64,000 nt of DNA. Source: Macrostomum lignano. Taxonomy: Eukaryota. Made by a program: the position numbers and the translations under genes. This document shows, one piece after another, positions 35,228-53,284 of this stretch. Positions within the stretch are counted from its first letter, which is position 1; each line of letters opens with the position of its first letter. The DNA lies in contig NIVC01002353.1 of the NCBI GenBank assembly GCA_002269645.1, forward strand, positions 117,575 through 181,574, read 5' to 3'. Below the pieces are notes generated by a model. That model did not search any database and had not been told where the DNA came from. It saw only the letters and a program-made list of their open reading frames with translations.

Positions 35228-36757
35228 CAGCCTGACATCTGCATAAGTTTGTGAAGCGCTAGTAGTATTTTTTAGCTTAGTATCTTAGCGTTGGGGAGCC
35301 AAAAATGCAGTGCAAGTTTTGTAATAAACTAGTAGTTTTAAAAGTAAAAAGTAAAACAAAAGTATTTTTATTTACGAAAGTCCTTATTGTGTAAGATAAT
35401 TATAACATTTTGTTTATACACACTTGAATGACTGTATTTTTTAACTTATACAGTTTCTTCGAAACGCATAATTGAGCAGCAATTAAAATAATTAGTCAAC
35501 TACCCGACGAGGGATAATTGGCTAGCTAGTTACTCATGAGTCATATCCAACTAAAACTGGCCTTTTTAACTGGAAAAGCTAGATAGGCAACTCACTTCAT
35601 CCAGTTGATACTACCTATTCTTTCTTCATTTAACTCGTATTGAAGGACTTATTTATCTAGCTCCAGTTTCTAAACTGAATAGAAACCTGGCAGATAAATT
35701 ACTTCTTGTTATACATAAAAATGATTTTAGGATGAAATTTTATTGATGCATTACTATACTATTTTACCCTCATACTCTACAATTGCTCAGATTTGTTGAG
35801 TAGGTATAACATTTTTTTATAACAACTTGCTTAACTTTTGCACTCCATGTCTTTTTATTGCACTTTCATTTATTTTGTTAGCTTAATATTTTTTGCTTTG
35901 CAATCTTATAATGTACCTTTATTGTTAAATTTTGCTATAATGCTTAAACCTTCATATAATATAAGACCAAATTTCATTATATAGCCATAGGCAATAGTTA
36001 GATAGAGTTTAATATTTTAATATTGTTATTTTTTCTAGAATTTATGTTAGCATTAGTATAGGATAGGCCCTAGGATTTTTCATAGTTACCAAATATGTAG
36101 CATATGTATCATTATAATACTATTGATTTCAAAATATATATAGTTACATTTATATTTTATCCAGTAATTTACTTTATGATCTCTTATGTAGAAAATATAC
36201 TTAGCAACATAGAAAAGTTGCCATCATAGAAGATTTTATCTGTGGTTGCAACTTAGCAACACCATATTATGAATATGGTAGACTTGAGTTAAGAGATAAA
36301 GTGGAGTGGTGTGCAAGGGTTAGATGGATTAAAGCTACCCCAATCAGTTTTCTTGTATCTTTTTTAGAATAGTCTAAGAGAAATTGTTTATTGGTACATA
36401 GTGTAGCAAATTTTCGATGTTGCTAAGTATACTTTTATATCAAAAAGGAAATGCTTGTAGAAAAGTTTTGGATTATTTAAAGCCTGCTTGTTATTATCTT
36501 ATTGCATAAAAATATCATATTTAATTATTTAGGCCTAGAAAGTGTATATAATAAAAATTATTATAATCATTTAATATTTGATAGTATAGTGGTCAATAGG
36601 ATGTAGCTTTTTATTTTAGAATATTTTATAATAATAATAGTTTTTAACCTAGCCATCAATCACATTTTAATCTGTCATGGATTTGACATTTTCTAGCTTT
36701 TATTTTATTTTGAATTACTATTATGAAATAAATCTTAACATCTTCAATATCCCTCAG

Positions 36758-42749
<5,992 letters not shown>

Positions 42750-43794
42750 ATGGGTCATGGCCCTCCCACACTGTTGTGACTGGGTCATGGCCCTCCCACA
42801 CTGTTGTGACTGGGTCATGGCCTCCCACACTGTTTTGAATGGGTCATGGCCTCCCACACTGTTGTGACTGGGTCATGGCCCTCCCACACTGTTTTGACTG
42901 GGTCATGGCCTCCCACACTGTTGTGACTGGGTCATGGCCCTCCCACACTGTTGTGACTGGGTCATGGCCCTCCCACACTGTTTTGACTGTGTCATGGAGA
43001 TATTTTGGCGAGTTCGTGGCCTTAGTTGGCCCCTTGGTTCGGGCCATGACCCAGTTTTTGCTATATTAAATATTATTAAATGTGCTGTTTTCAAAATATT
43101 TTAATTCTCCATAATTTCACTCAGCCCCTGCCCTGCTATGCAGCCAGGAATTGCATCGATTTTCGCACGTTTTTTTCGAATCAAAATTTTCAGTACATCT
43201 GCACTTTTATTCCACAGCCAGTCTTCCATGTTTATTGCCTGTCCTGCATAATAAAACTGCTGCTGCTTTTACAGCAAATATTTACAGCTATTTACAGCTG
43301 TCCTGCATGCCTGTCTATTTATACCATTGTTGCTATGCTCAACTCTTTGTCTCGGTGGCTGCTTTCTGCTTGCCAATAAATAACACGCTGAGTAGTTCTT
43401 TGAGTCGGGTCCGGGACAGCTCTGTCAGGTCGGAGCAATCGATCGACCGTGTACTTTATAGATGTAGTGCGCCCAGGCTCCGGCCGTGCTAGTCACCTGT
43501 ACTTTTATTTTTCTACACAGGGCATGATGCATTTTTTATATTCAATTGTTTATTAATGATTATGGAAAGTTCTCACTGTACTTTGTTGGTGTCTGTGCAT
43601 GCCGGGCTGCGCGCCGTGTTTGGCCGCAAAATTTCTGCTATTCTCATAATATACAGTGGATATTGAGCATGCTTTGATGCTGCACTGGGACTTCATCTGA
43701 TTTCAAGTTGTTTGAGTCATTTCTCATGGGGTTTGAGACCACGGGCTCTTAGCGATTGTTCATTTACTTTCTGGGGGAATAGTATAGTGAGCTT

Positions 43795-44115
43795 CTGTTG
43801 CAGTTTCTATGCGGTTTTTATGCAATTGCTGTGTAGTTTCTATGCAATTGCTGTGTAGTTTCTATGCAGTTGCTGTGTAGTTTCTATGCAGTTGTTGTGT
43901 AGTTTCTATGCAGTTGTTGTGTAGTTTCTATGCAGTTGCTATGAAGTTTCTATGCAATTGCTGTGTAGTTTCTATGCATTTGCTTTGTTCTCGTATTTTA
44001 TATGCAGTTCGTTGCCAAGCCGCTTTTGAGATTACTATGCAAATGCTAAACCGTTTTTATGAGGTTACTATGCAGTTGCTAAGCAGTTTCTACGAGGTTA
44101 CTATGCAGTTGCTTA
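43795..44115. repeat. Degenerate 22-bp repeat GCAGTTGCTGTGTAGTTTCTAT upstream of RABGGTB
   Basis: Several near-perfect copies at 43830-43975, decaying toward 44110. Confidence 0.8.
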
Positions 44116-44156
44116 CACAAGCGTTGCCATCCGAACGCGCCCGCAAATTTCCGCAG

Positions 44157-46164
44157 CATCGCCCAGCCACCGACATTTCCCTGCCGGCGGACGCGCCGAA
44201 GCAGCTGCTGCCGGAGAAGCACGCCGACTTCCTGTTGCAGTACTGCAGCAGCCAGGACAACTACGAGTACGTCATGACCGAGTACCTGCGCATGTCCGGC
44301 CTCTACTGGACCGCCAGCGCCCTGGACCTCCTTGGCCGCCTGCCCGACCTGCGACAGCGGATGGACGCCGCCGCCTTCTTGCGGGACTGCGCCAGGCCCG
44401 ATGGCGGCTACGGGCCGGCGCCCGGACACGACAGCCACCTGCTGTACACCCTGAGCGCCGTGCAGGTGAGCAGGTGAGGGTGCGGCGGAATGGGTGCGGC
44501 TGGGGTGTCAGGTTAGGACTGGGGTGTCAGGTTAGGACTGGGGTGTCAGGTTGGGACTGGGGTGTCAGGTTGGGACTGGGGTGTCAGGTTGTGACTGGAG
44601 TGTCAGGTTAGGACTGGGGTGTCAGGTTGGGACTGGGGTGTCAGGTTGTGACTGGAGTGTCAGGTTAGGACTGGGAAGTCAGGCTAGGACTGGGGTGTCA
44701 GCCTGGGACTGGGTGTCAGGTTGGGACTGGGGTGTCAGGTTGGGACTGGGGTTTTCGTTGTGTCAGGATGGGACTGGGGTGTCAGGTTGGGACTGGGGTT
44801 TCGGGGTGTCAGGATGGGACAGGGGTGTCAGGTTGGGACTGGGGTACGAGTATAAGGTTGGGACTGGGGTGTCAGCCTGGGACTGGGGTGTCAGGCTAGG
44901 ACTGGGGTGTCAGCCTGGGACTGGGGTGTCAGCCTGGGACTGGGGTGTCAGCCTGGGACTGGGTGTCAGCCTGGGACTGGGGTGTCAGGTTGGGACTGGG
45001 GTGTCAGGCTGGGACTGGGGTGTCAGGACGAAATTTGGGATGTCAGGATTGGGATCTTGTCTCACACAATTGTCAGCTCCAGCCCTCCGCCTACCCCAGG
45101 TGGCTCTGCTGTTCGACCTGCGGGACTCCCTGGACGCCGGGGCCATCGCGGGCTTCGTCCGCGGCCTGCAGCGGCCTGACGGCAGCTTCCAGGGCGACCG
45201 GTGGGGCGAGGTGGACACCCGCTTCAGCTTCTGCGCGCTGGCCGCGCTGTTCCTGCTGGGGCTGGGCGACCGCCTCGACGACCTTGTCGACGCTCGCGCC
45301 GCAGGCGACTTCGTGCTGACCTGCGCCAACTGGGACGGCGGCTTCGGCACCCGGCCGGGCAGCGAGTCGCATTCCGGACAGGTGCGGATCTTGCCTGGCT
45401 ACTCACAGTAGGCAGTGCAGTGTCCCAGCTACTCACAGTAGGCAGTGCAGTGTCCCAGCTACTCACAGTAGGCAGTGCAGTGTCCCAGCTACTCACATTA
45501 GGCAGTGCAGTGTCCCAGCTACTCACAGTAGGCAGTGCAGTGTCCCAGCTACTCACAGTAGGCAGTGCAGTGTCCCAGCTACTCACAGTAGGCAGTGCAG
45601 TGTCCCATCCCAGCTACTCACAGTAGGCAGTGCAGTGTCCCATCTCAGCTACTCACAGTAGGCAGTGCAGTGTTCCAGCTACTCACAGTAGGCAGTGCAG
45701 TGTCCCAGCTACTCACCGCAGGCGCCCGCCCGCAGGTGTACTGCTGCATCGGCGCGCTGTCCATCCTGGGCCGCCTGCACGAGCTGGACGTGGACCGCAC
45801 GGCGCTGTGGCTGGCGGAGCGGCAGCTGGCAAGCGGAGGGCTGAACGGCCGGCCGGAGAAGCTCCCGGATGTGTGCTACTCCTGGTGGGTGCTGGCCTCC
45901 CTGGCCATGCTCGGCCGGCTGTCCTGGATCTCCGGCGAGCGGCTGCTGCGCTTCGTGTGCGCGGCGCAGGACCCGGAGGCTGGCGGCATCGCCGACCGGC
46001 CCGGCGACCTCTGCGACCCCTTCCACACCCTGTTCGGCCTGGCCGGCGCCTCTCTCCTGCGGCTGGGCGGTGACTCGCTGAAGGCCATCAACCCGACTTT
46101 CTGCCTGCCAGTTGACTGTCTGGACAGGCACGGACTGCGGCTGCCGCTCTGGACTGGCGACTGA
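44157..46164 (+). CDS. RABGGTB: Rab geranylgeranyltransferase (GGTase II) beta subunit. Exons 44157-44465, 45100-45381, 45736-46164; initiator Met not encoded at the exon start
   Basis: Motifs [75 protein letters not shown] and [15 protein letters not shown]. Phase-0 introns match. Confidence 0.96.
44500..45020. repeat. Intronic 19-bp G-rich minisatellite GGGGTGTCAGGTTGGGACT
   Basis: Tandem array in RABGGTB intron 1. Confidence 0.93.
45399..45716. repeat. Intronic 30-bp minisatellite CTACTCACAGTAGGCAGTGCAGTGTCCCAG, about 10 copies
   Basis: Fills RABGGTB intron 2. Confidence 0.95.
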
Positions 46165-46315
46165 CCGTGTGGGACTGGCGTATAGGGACTGGCGTGTGGG
46201 ACTGGCGTGTGGGACTGGCGTGTGGGACTGGCGTGTGGGGACTGGCGTGTGGGGACTGGCGTGTGGGACTGGCGTGTGGGGACTGGAGTGTGGGACTGGC
46301 GTGTGGGACTGGCGT
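46165..46315. repeat. 13-14 bp repeat GTGTGGGACTGGC right after the RABGGTB stop
   Basis: The core GGACTGGCG equals the last coding bases (TGG ACT GGC GAC TGA). Confidence 0.9.
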
Positions 46316-46843
46316 TGTGGCATTATGGATGAGTGTGGGACGATGCATACGAGGGTGTGGGATGATGGCCTTAAAGTCTGGGAATCGGGGATGATGATTG
46401 TGCGGCTATAAGCACTATACATAGGGTCAGTGTGGTCGCACCGGAAGTGACCTTCATAACAAATAATTATTTTGCATTCCGCTGCTTAAATACGCTGTCC
46501 TCCGCTTGTCCCTGCATGCTGTGCCCGATTTGCTAAACAATTTCTACTGCTAGTAATGATAAATATATGAACAAATACCAAGCATAACTACTGTGTAAGT
46601 AAGTAGTCTGTGCAATCATATAACTCTTGGTTGTCTCGCATTATCGATTTTGTTTTCAAGTGCTGCAACTTGCAAGTGTTTCGTACATCCGTAATCTGGA
46701 GAAGTCTGTCAGATGCTGTTTTTTCAGGAACTTCCTAAGCTTCCCAAATCAAATGCGAGTGAAGTTGCCATATTTACAATTTTGCCAGTTCAAATCTTCC
46801 AATCCTACTCGCACTTCTTAAGGCCTACTTGATTACACGGCTG

Positions 46844-47612
46844 GTGCTCCGCTCGCTTCAGGTATTCAGTGCTGAGCCTTCAGTGACAGGTGCTCCGCTC
46901 GCTTCAGGTATTCAGTGCTGAGCCTTCAGTGACAGGTGCTCCGCTCGCTTCAGGTATTCAGTGCTGAGCCTTCAGTGACAGGTGCTCCGCTCGCTTCAGG
47001 TATTCAGTGCTGAGCCTTCAGTGACAGGTGCTCCACTCGCCTCAGGTATTCAGTGCTGAGCCTTCAGTGACAGGTGCTCCGCTCGCCTCAGGTATTCAGT
47101 GCTGAGCCTTCAGTGACAAGTGCTCCACTCGCCTCAGGTATTCAGTGCTGAGCCTTCAGTGACAGGTGCTCCGCTCGCCTCAGGTATTCAGTGCTGAGCC
47201 TTCAGTGACAAGTGCTCCACTCGCCTCAGGTATTCAGTGCTGAGCCTTCAGTGACAGGTGCTCCGCTCGCCTCAGGTATTCAGTGCTGAGCCTTCAGTGA
47301 CAAGTGCTCCACTCGCCTCAGGTATTCAGTGCTGAGCCTTCAGTGACAGGTGCTCCGCTCGCCTCAGGTATTCAGTGCTGAGCCTTCAGTGACAAGTGCT
47401 CCACTCGCCTCAGGTATTCAGTGCTGAGCCTTCAGTGACAGGTGCTCCGCTCGCCTCAGGTATTCAGTGCTGAGCCTTCAGTGACAGGTGCTCCGCTCGC
47501 CTCAGGTATTCAGTGCTGAGCCTTCAGTGACAGGTGCTCCGCTCGCCTCAGGTATTCAGTGCTGAGCCTTCAGTGACAAGTGCTCCACTCGCCTCAGGTA
47601 TTCAGTGCTGAG
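46844..47612. repeat. Highly homogeneous 46-bp tandem array GTGCTCCGCTCGCCTCAGGTATTCAGTGCTGAGCCTTCAGTGACAG, about 16.5 copies
   Basis: Period 46 (46844, 46890, ...). No spacers. Confidence 0.96.
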
Positions 47613-48177
47613 TGTCGCCTGTGTGCGCGCATAGCATTGCCCTGGCAACCCGAGACCTGGCAGTGACAGCAGTTAACAGCAACACACAGATAGGCAAATT
47701 CAAATGTGCCCGCTTTTAAATAAAAGTAGCGCCACGCTCCTGCCCCAAAGCTGCTTCTTTACAGTGACCTGCCTATCTGCCTTCCTACTTGTCTGCCAAC
47801 CTTACCTGCCCGCCAGCTTACCTGTCTGCTCAGACTAACCGAGTCAAAGGTAATCCCAACATTCTTTATTCTATTGCAACTTTAGCTTTTGACCAAACGG
47901 GCTGAGATGATAACTTGCCGGTCGAGTCGGTCAGAAACATCGAAACATCCCATCCAGGTCCCCTTGGACTTCTTTGGAATAAACGGGGATAAAATGGGGA
48001 TTTCACGAGAACTCACCGCTTAAGCTCCACGGCCAAGGTAGCAAACTTTCACTGAGTATTGAAGATGTGCTAAAAGTACATTATGCAACGCCAGCCAATT
48101 GGATAGACGACGCATATACAAACATAGCATTTGCTCCAATTGTTCCAATGCGATGGGCCATGACTGAGGAATTCTTA

Positions 48178-48300
48178 TAGCAGGCCAGCTTCCCATAGCA
48201 GTGCCAGCTTCCCATAGCAGTGCCAGCTTCCCATAGCAGTGCCAGCTTCCCATAGCAGTGCCAGCTTCTTATAGCAGTTCCAGCTTCTAGCAGTGCCAGC
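48178..48300. repeat. 20-bp repeat TAGCAGTGCCAGCTTCCCAT, about 5 copies (single copy at about 60055 in the paralogous block)
   Basis: Directly visible in both blocks. Confidence 0.85.
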
Positions 48301-48814
48301 TAATTCCCATAGCAACAACGGCATCCATTAGCAGTGCCGCCACTCACTCTGCTCCGGTTTCTACTCAATGCTTAATGCGCGCGCACCTCTGACTCTCGGG
48401 GAAAAAACCCGGGTTAGATTTATTTTTTGACCGCACTGATTCGGTGGTTGTGCGCAAGATTTCACCTGGGGCTCGAGCGATTCTCACACATGATTGCCAA
48501 ACCCCACGGCACCGTGGTGCAGCTTGACAATGAAAAAGTCAGGGCCGCTGTGCACCCTTTGTGACTTTGAGTTTGTGTGCGAGCTCAGGGGTCAGCGGAA
48601 TGTTCATGACTGCTGGCTTTCTTGCCGGCCTCTGATCGACTGCAGCCTTGATTAGTGTCAGTTCTAAAGCCACTTTGATGCATTTCCAAATCTCACAGCT
48701 TTTTCCTCCATGTCATAGTAAATTCAAATTCAAAAGCCCCTTCTCAAACATCACAAACCCAAACACGGACGCATTTCAGGTGTGTTCAACTCGACTGACG
48801 CTCAATTCTTTCCG

Positions 48815-51800
48815 ATGGCCGCTGCTGAGCAAATGCGAGCTGCGCTGGAGGCCGCCGACTGCGAGCAGCTGCTGAAGCTGTGTCGGCAGCTGGACTCCAA
48901 CCTGACAGTTTCGGCCGGCTACTTTGAAGGTCCGCCTCACGTGAGAGAAATTTCGGCGGCTCACCACGTCGCTAGCAAGCCGTACGGACTTGACTGTCTG
49001 GAGGTGCTGATCGACCGGTTCGGAGCTGCATGTTTGACATGCAGAGACGAGTTCAACTACACACCTGTGCACTTGGCCGCCATTAAGCAGAGCCAGGACA
49101 GTCTGAAGCTCATTCACATGACTCTTGGCAGCGACTGTTTTTATGAAAAAGGAAGATTTGGTCGCTCAGTGATTCACTGCGCTGCCATGAATAAGCATAG
49201 CAACAAGGCACTGAAGTGGCTGATCGGTGAGTTCGGGTCAGACAATCTAATGGCGAAGGATGACAATGGTTCGACAGTCGTTCATCTATCAGCTGAGTTT
49301 CAGAGCTCAGATTCGATGGAATTCATTAAATCAATGCTCGGTTCCGACTGCTTCCGTCAGAACGGGTGGCTTGGTCACACCGCAGTTCACTGTGCTGCTT
49401 GTACGAGCGTAACAAGGTCTCAAACTCGTCGCTCAAGTGGCTGATCGATGAGCTCGGCTCAGTCTCTCTCATGAAGGAGGATGACGATGGATCGACAGTC
49501 GTTCATCTGGCCGCCGGGGCTCAGAGCTCAGATTCGATGCAGTTGATTAAATCGGAGCTCGGTTTCGACTGCTTCCGTCAACGTGGGTGGCTTGGTCGGA
49601 CACCAATTCACTGTGCTGCTTGTAACAAGGTCTCAAATTCGTCGCTCAAGTGGCTAGTCGATAAGATCGGTTCAGACTCTCTCATGGAGAAGGATGACGA
49701 TGGATTCCCAATCGTTGGTCTGGCCGCCGCGTTTCAGAGCTCAGATTCGATGCAGTTTATAAAATTAAAGATCGGTTCCGACTGCTTCCGTCAGCGCGGG
49801 TGGCTTGGTCGCACCGCAGTTCACTGTGCTGCTTTTAACAAGGTTTCAAACTCGTCGCTCAAATATCTAGTCGATGAGATCGGTTCAGACTCTCTCATGG
49901 AGAAGGATGACAATGGATCGACAGTCGTTCATCTGGCCGCTGTGTTTCAGAGCTCAGATTCGATGCAGTTTATAAAATTAAAGATCGGTTCCGACTGCTT
50001 CCGTCAGCACGGACGGCTTGGACGCACTGCAGTTCATTGTGCTGCTTATAACGAGGTCTCAGACTCGTCGCTCAAGTGGCTGATCGGTGAGCTCGGCTCA
50101 GACTCTCTCGTGGAGAAAGATTACATCGGATTGATGGCTTGTCACCTTGTCGCAGCTCATCAGGGTGAAAACTCCATGGACTTGATGAAGAGCCTGCTCG
50201 GAGTTAAAACATTCCCTTTGCGTCATCGTTTTCGCCAAACTGCAGCCCATTTTGCTGCACTAAATACAGGCAGCAATGCGACACTGGCCTGGTGTGTCAG
50301 AGAACTGGGCTCCCAGTGCCTGACTCGTGTAGACAGAGACGGCAACACTCCAGTTCACTATGCCGCTCAGCATCAAGATGAGAAATCGATGCAGCTGGCG
50401 GTGAGCTCACTCGGACCGGACTGTCTCAAGCTGCCAGGTGACAAGCAGCGAACTGCAGTTCACTTCGCGGCCATCAACACCAACAGCGTCTCTGCGCTAA
50501 GGTGGATTGTCGGTCAGCTGGGAGCCGACTGTCTGAAGCTGAGGGACGCCGAGGGCATCACGACTGCGCACCTGGCAGCTCAGCACCAAAGCGAGGACTC
50601 GCTGCGGCTCATCAGGGACTCGCTGCGGCTCATCAGGGACTCGCTGGGCGTCGCCGCCTTCGACTTGCAGGACCGGCAGGGACAGTCGGTGGTGGACTAT
50701 GCAAAGAAGAACAACCGGTCGGAGCGGATGCTGGGCTGCATCGCCGAGCTGCGGGAGGAGGAGAGGCTAAATAGGTGAGCTGCCTGCTGCTTAAAGACGC
50801 CATAGCGTTGAGGCCATTTAGTATATTTGGATATTACGTACTGTATAATACACAGCAGAGCAAACCTTAGTCAAGCTTATTTTAACTTGTATAGCGAGTC
50901 CCGTTATCGATTGCTTTTTCGTTAGCGGGATTATCGTTCCCGTTTACCTGCCGTAGCCCGAACAACAACGACAACAACAACAAAGAAAATAATGTCAACA
51001 AAGCAATAATAACAGTAACAACAAAAACAACAGAAAAGCACTGACAGACGCAATGCATATACCAAAGTTTTTAGGTTCTTTAGGACACTTTAGGTTCTTG
51101 ATTTATTTATTAAGCTATGGTAAAAATAAGGACGGTCAAATTCCTACTTCTATTCGATTCGATTTAACCTCGGGAAGAAGGAGAAACAGGATGAAGTCTG
51201 GCTTCGTTGGTTTTGCTCAAATCAATCGAGTCTTCTCAATTTTCAGGACGTGGGAAACAAGTTGACATTCACAGTGGTTTTCAGACTTTTGTTTAACTTT
51301 GACAATGAGCATCAATATTCATTTGTATGTCAGCTTTCTGGTTTGGTTTAGGATTTGACTTACTCAATATACCTGTGAATGATAATTCGTTTTCAAAGTA
51401 TGCAAAGTGTGATTTTATGTGAAATTATGATTGTACATACTTTGTCAACAACAATGATTTTGGAAGTTCCAATACATGTACATTGGGGACCGCGGGTCCA
51501 CACCTGATACAGCGGTAAGAAAGACCAGCAGTCCCAAAACTGCATTGCAATCAAAGCAGTCACGTTTTTCTGCTTCCAGAGCTCCGGCTTCCTTGGACCC
51601 GAGCTTCAGCAGCTGGACCTTCTAGCCTGACGATCGGAGAGGGCGGGTTCGGCAAGGTGTATAAGGCCTTCACCAATAGGCAGCAGACGGTTGCTGTCAA
51701 AATCGTCGAGCCCGTTCGCTGCAGCGATCCGTCGAAGCTAGAGATGGCGGTGGAGCAGGAGAGGCGGGGCTTCGAGATCCTCGTGCGCATCCGGCACCGG

Positions 51801-52473
51801 AACATCGTGCAGTTTCTCAAGACCGAGCGCTCAGCGGAGAACGGGTTCTGCATCTTCACGGAGCTCATCGCAGGGTGCAGCCTCCTCGATCTGATGAACC
51901 GGCTGAACAAGCCGTTCGATGAGCCAGCAGTGAGGCGTTTCTCGCATCAAGTGAGCTGTCACTCCTGCCTCTGCCACAGTGTGAATACTGAGCGAACAGC
52001 TGACTCTTCGACCCCGAACCCCTTTGCAGATCTGCAGGCGCTCAACTTCCTGCACTGTGAGCACATCGTCCACCGAGACATCAAGTGCTCCAATATCATG
52101 CTCACCCACGAGAGCGTCATCAAGCTGATCGACTTCGGACTCGCAAAGGAAATCGTCTCAGCAGCGCAGGGAGCCGCGACCTACACCCTCGGAACTGTTC
52201 ACTTCATGGCCGCAGAGCTGCTTCTTGATGACGAGAATGACCGGCTGGTGTACACTCCGAAGACAGATGTGTGGGCGTTCGGCTGCACCGTGTTCGAGAT
52301 GCTGGAGAGGAGGCCACCAAAAGGTCAGAGTGACTTCAAAGGGCATGCCGCAGCTGCCAGACGGGACCTCCGACACTCTGAGAGATTTCTACCGGCGCTG
52401 CGTGATGAAGGAGCCTGGAGAGCGGGCGGATACTGCGGAGCTGCTGCGACACAGCTTCCTGCAGAGCGGGTAA
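48815..52473 (+). pseudogene. Ankyrin-repeat/MAP3K-like kinase, copy 1. Ankyrin exon 48780-50774, kinase exons 51580-51950 and 52030-52473; several frame breaks (pseudogene or assembly error)
   Basis: About 17 ankyrin repeats (T..H.AA). Donor AG|GTGAGC (phase 2) matches acceptor TTCCAG|A, giving R-APASLDPSFSSW. Kinase motifs GEGGFGKVY, VAVK, HRNIVQF, HRDIKCSN, DFG, GT..FMA.E and DVWAFGCTVFEM. Frame breaks at about 49400 (8-nt insertion), 51625, 52030 and 52320. Confidence 0.75.
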
Positions 52474-53270
52474 GCGTGCGGACTCGAGCTTTGCACTGCA
52501 CAGTTTGAATCACAGAATATTTGCGGTAAATTCTGTAAACTTTCACTATTCTACTATTTTGTTTTTTACTGCTTTATTGTTTAACTGTTTTGCTGTTTTA
52601 GTGCTATTGACCGACTGAATGTCGGATTTTTATTCATTCTCACCTTGTTGCTCTTATTATTCAACTTTAAGCTGCTGCATTGTTCTGCTGTATGCTGCTA
52701 AAGTCGTTGTCTGCTGCACTTGACCATGTTTTTCTGTTCCACGAGCGTCTACTGTAATGCCTTTATATTGTTCTGCCGTTTCGCTGTTTGCAAGTAAAAT
52801 TCAGAATGCAGCAGTTTTCAAGTCAGTTATACGCTCGTAAAAAGTGATTTTAATTTTTGCTTTGCACTTTTATTTGAAAATAATAAGTTGTGTGACTTGC
52901 CCGGTATCTCTCGGGACGCAGATTTGATTCAGATTCGCTTTTGATGCCACTCAACGATTCCACAGCGACTCCAGCACGCCTCAGATACAACTCTACGACG
53001 CCCCAGAGTCGTCGCACATAATAAAAACGCCTCAAATTGACTCTTACGAGTATGCGACTCGTTTGACAACTTTTTGACGTCTTGTCACGGCTAGAGTTAC
53101 TTCTTTTCTATTTTATGTGCTAGCTGCAACGACTCTCTGAAACTATTCTGTTGCTGCGCAAGTGACTCTGGGACGCTTCTCGCTTCTTGGCACTGGTTGA
53201 GCCATCCGCTCATTTATAACTGTACATGTATAGGTCCCCTGCCCTACCTGTCGTTAAGCTCCTCAGTCAC

Positions 53271-53284
53271 GTTGCCATGGCAAC
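53271..53284. promoter_or_regulatory. Perfect RFX X-box palindrome GTTGCCATGGCAAC
   Basis: Exact 14-bp consensus palindrome about 740 bp upstream of the ATG at 54026. Confidence 0.65.

Noticed and set aside
44551-45099. [12 protein letters not shown]-repeat N-terminal parts of ORFs
   Set aside because: Intronic 19-bp minisatellite; the RABGGTB exon starts at 45100.
46844-47612. CRISPR-like array
   Set aside because: Units are contiguous with no unique spacers, the context is eukaryotic, and there are no cas genes.
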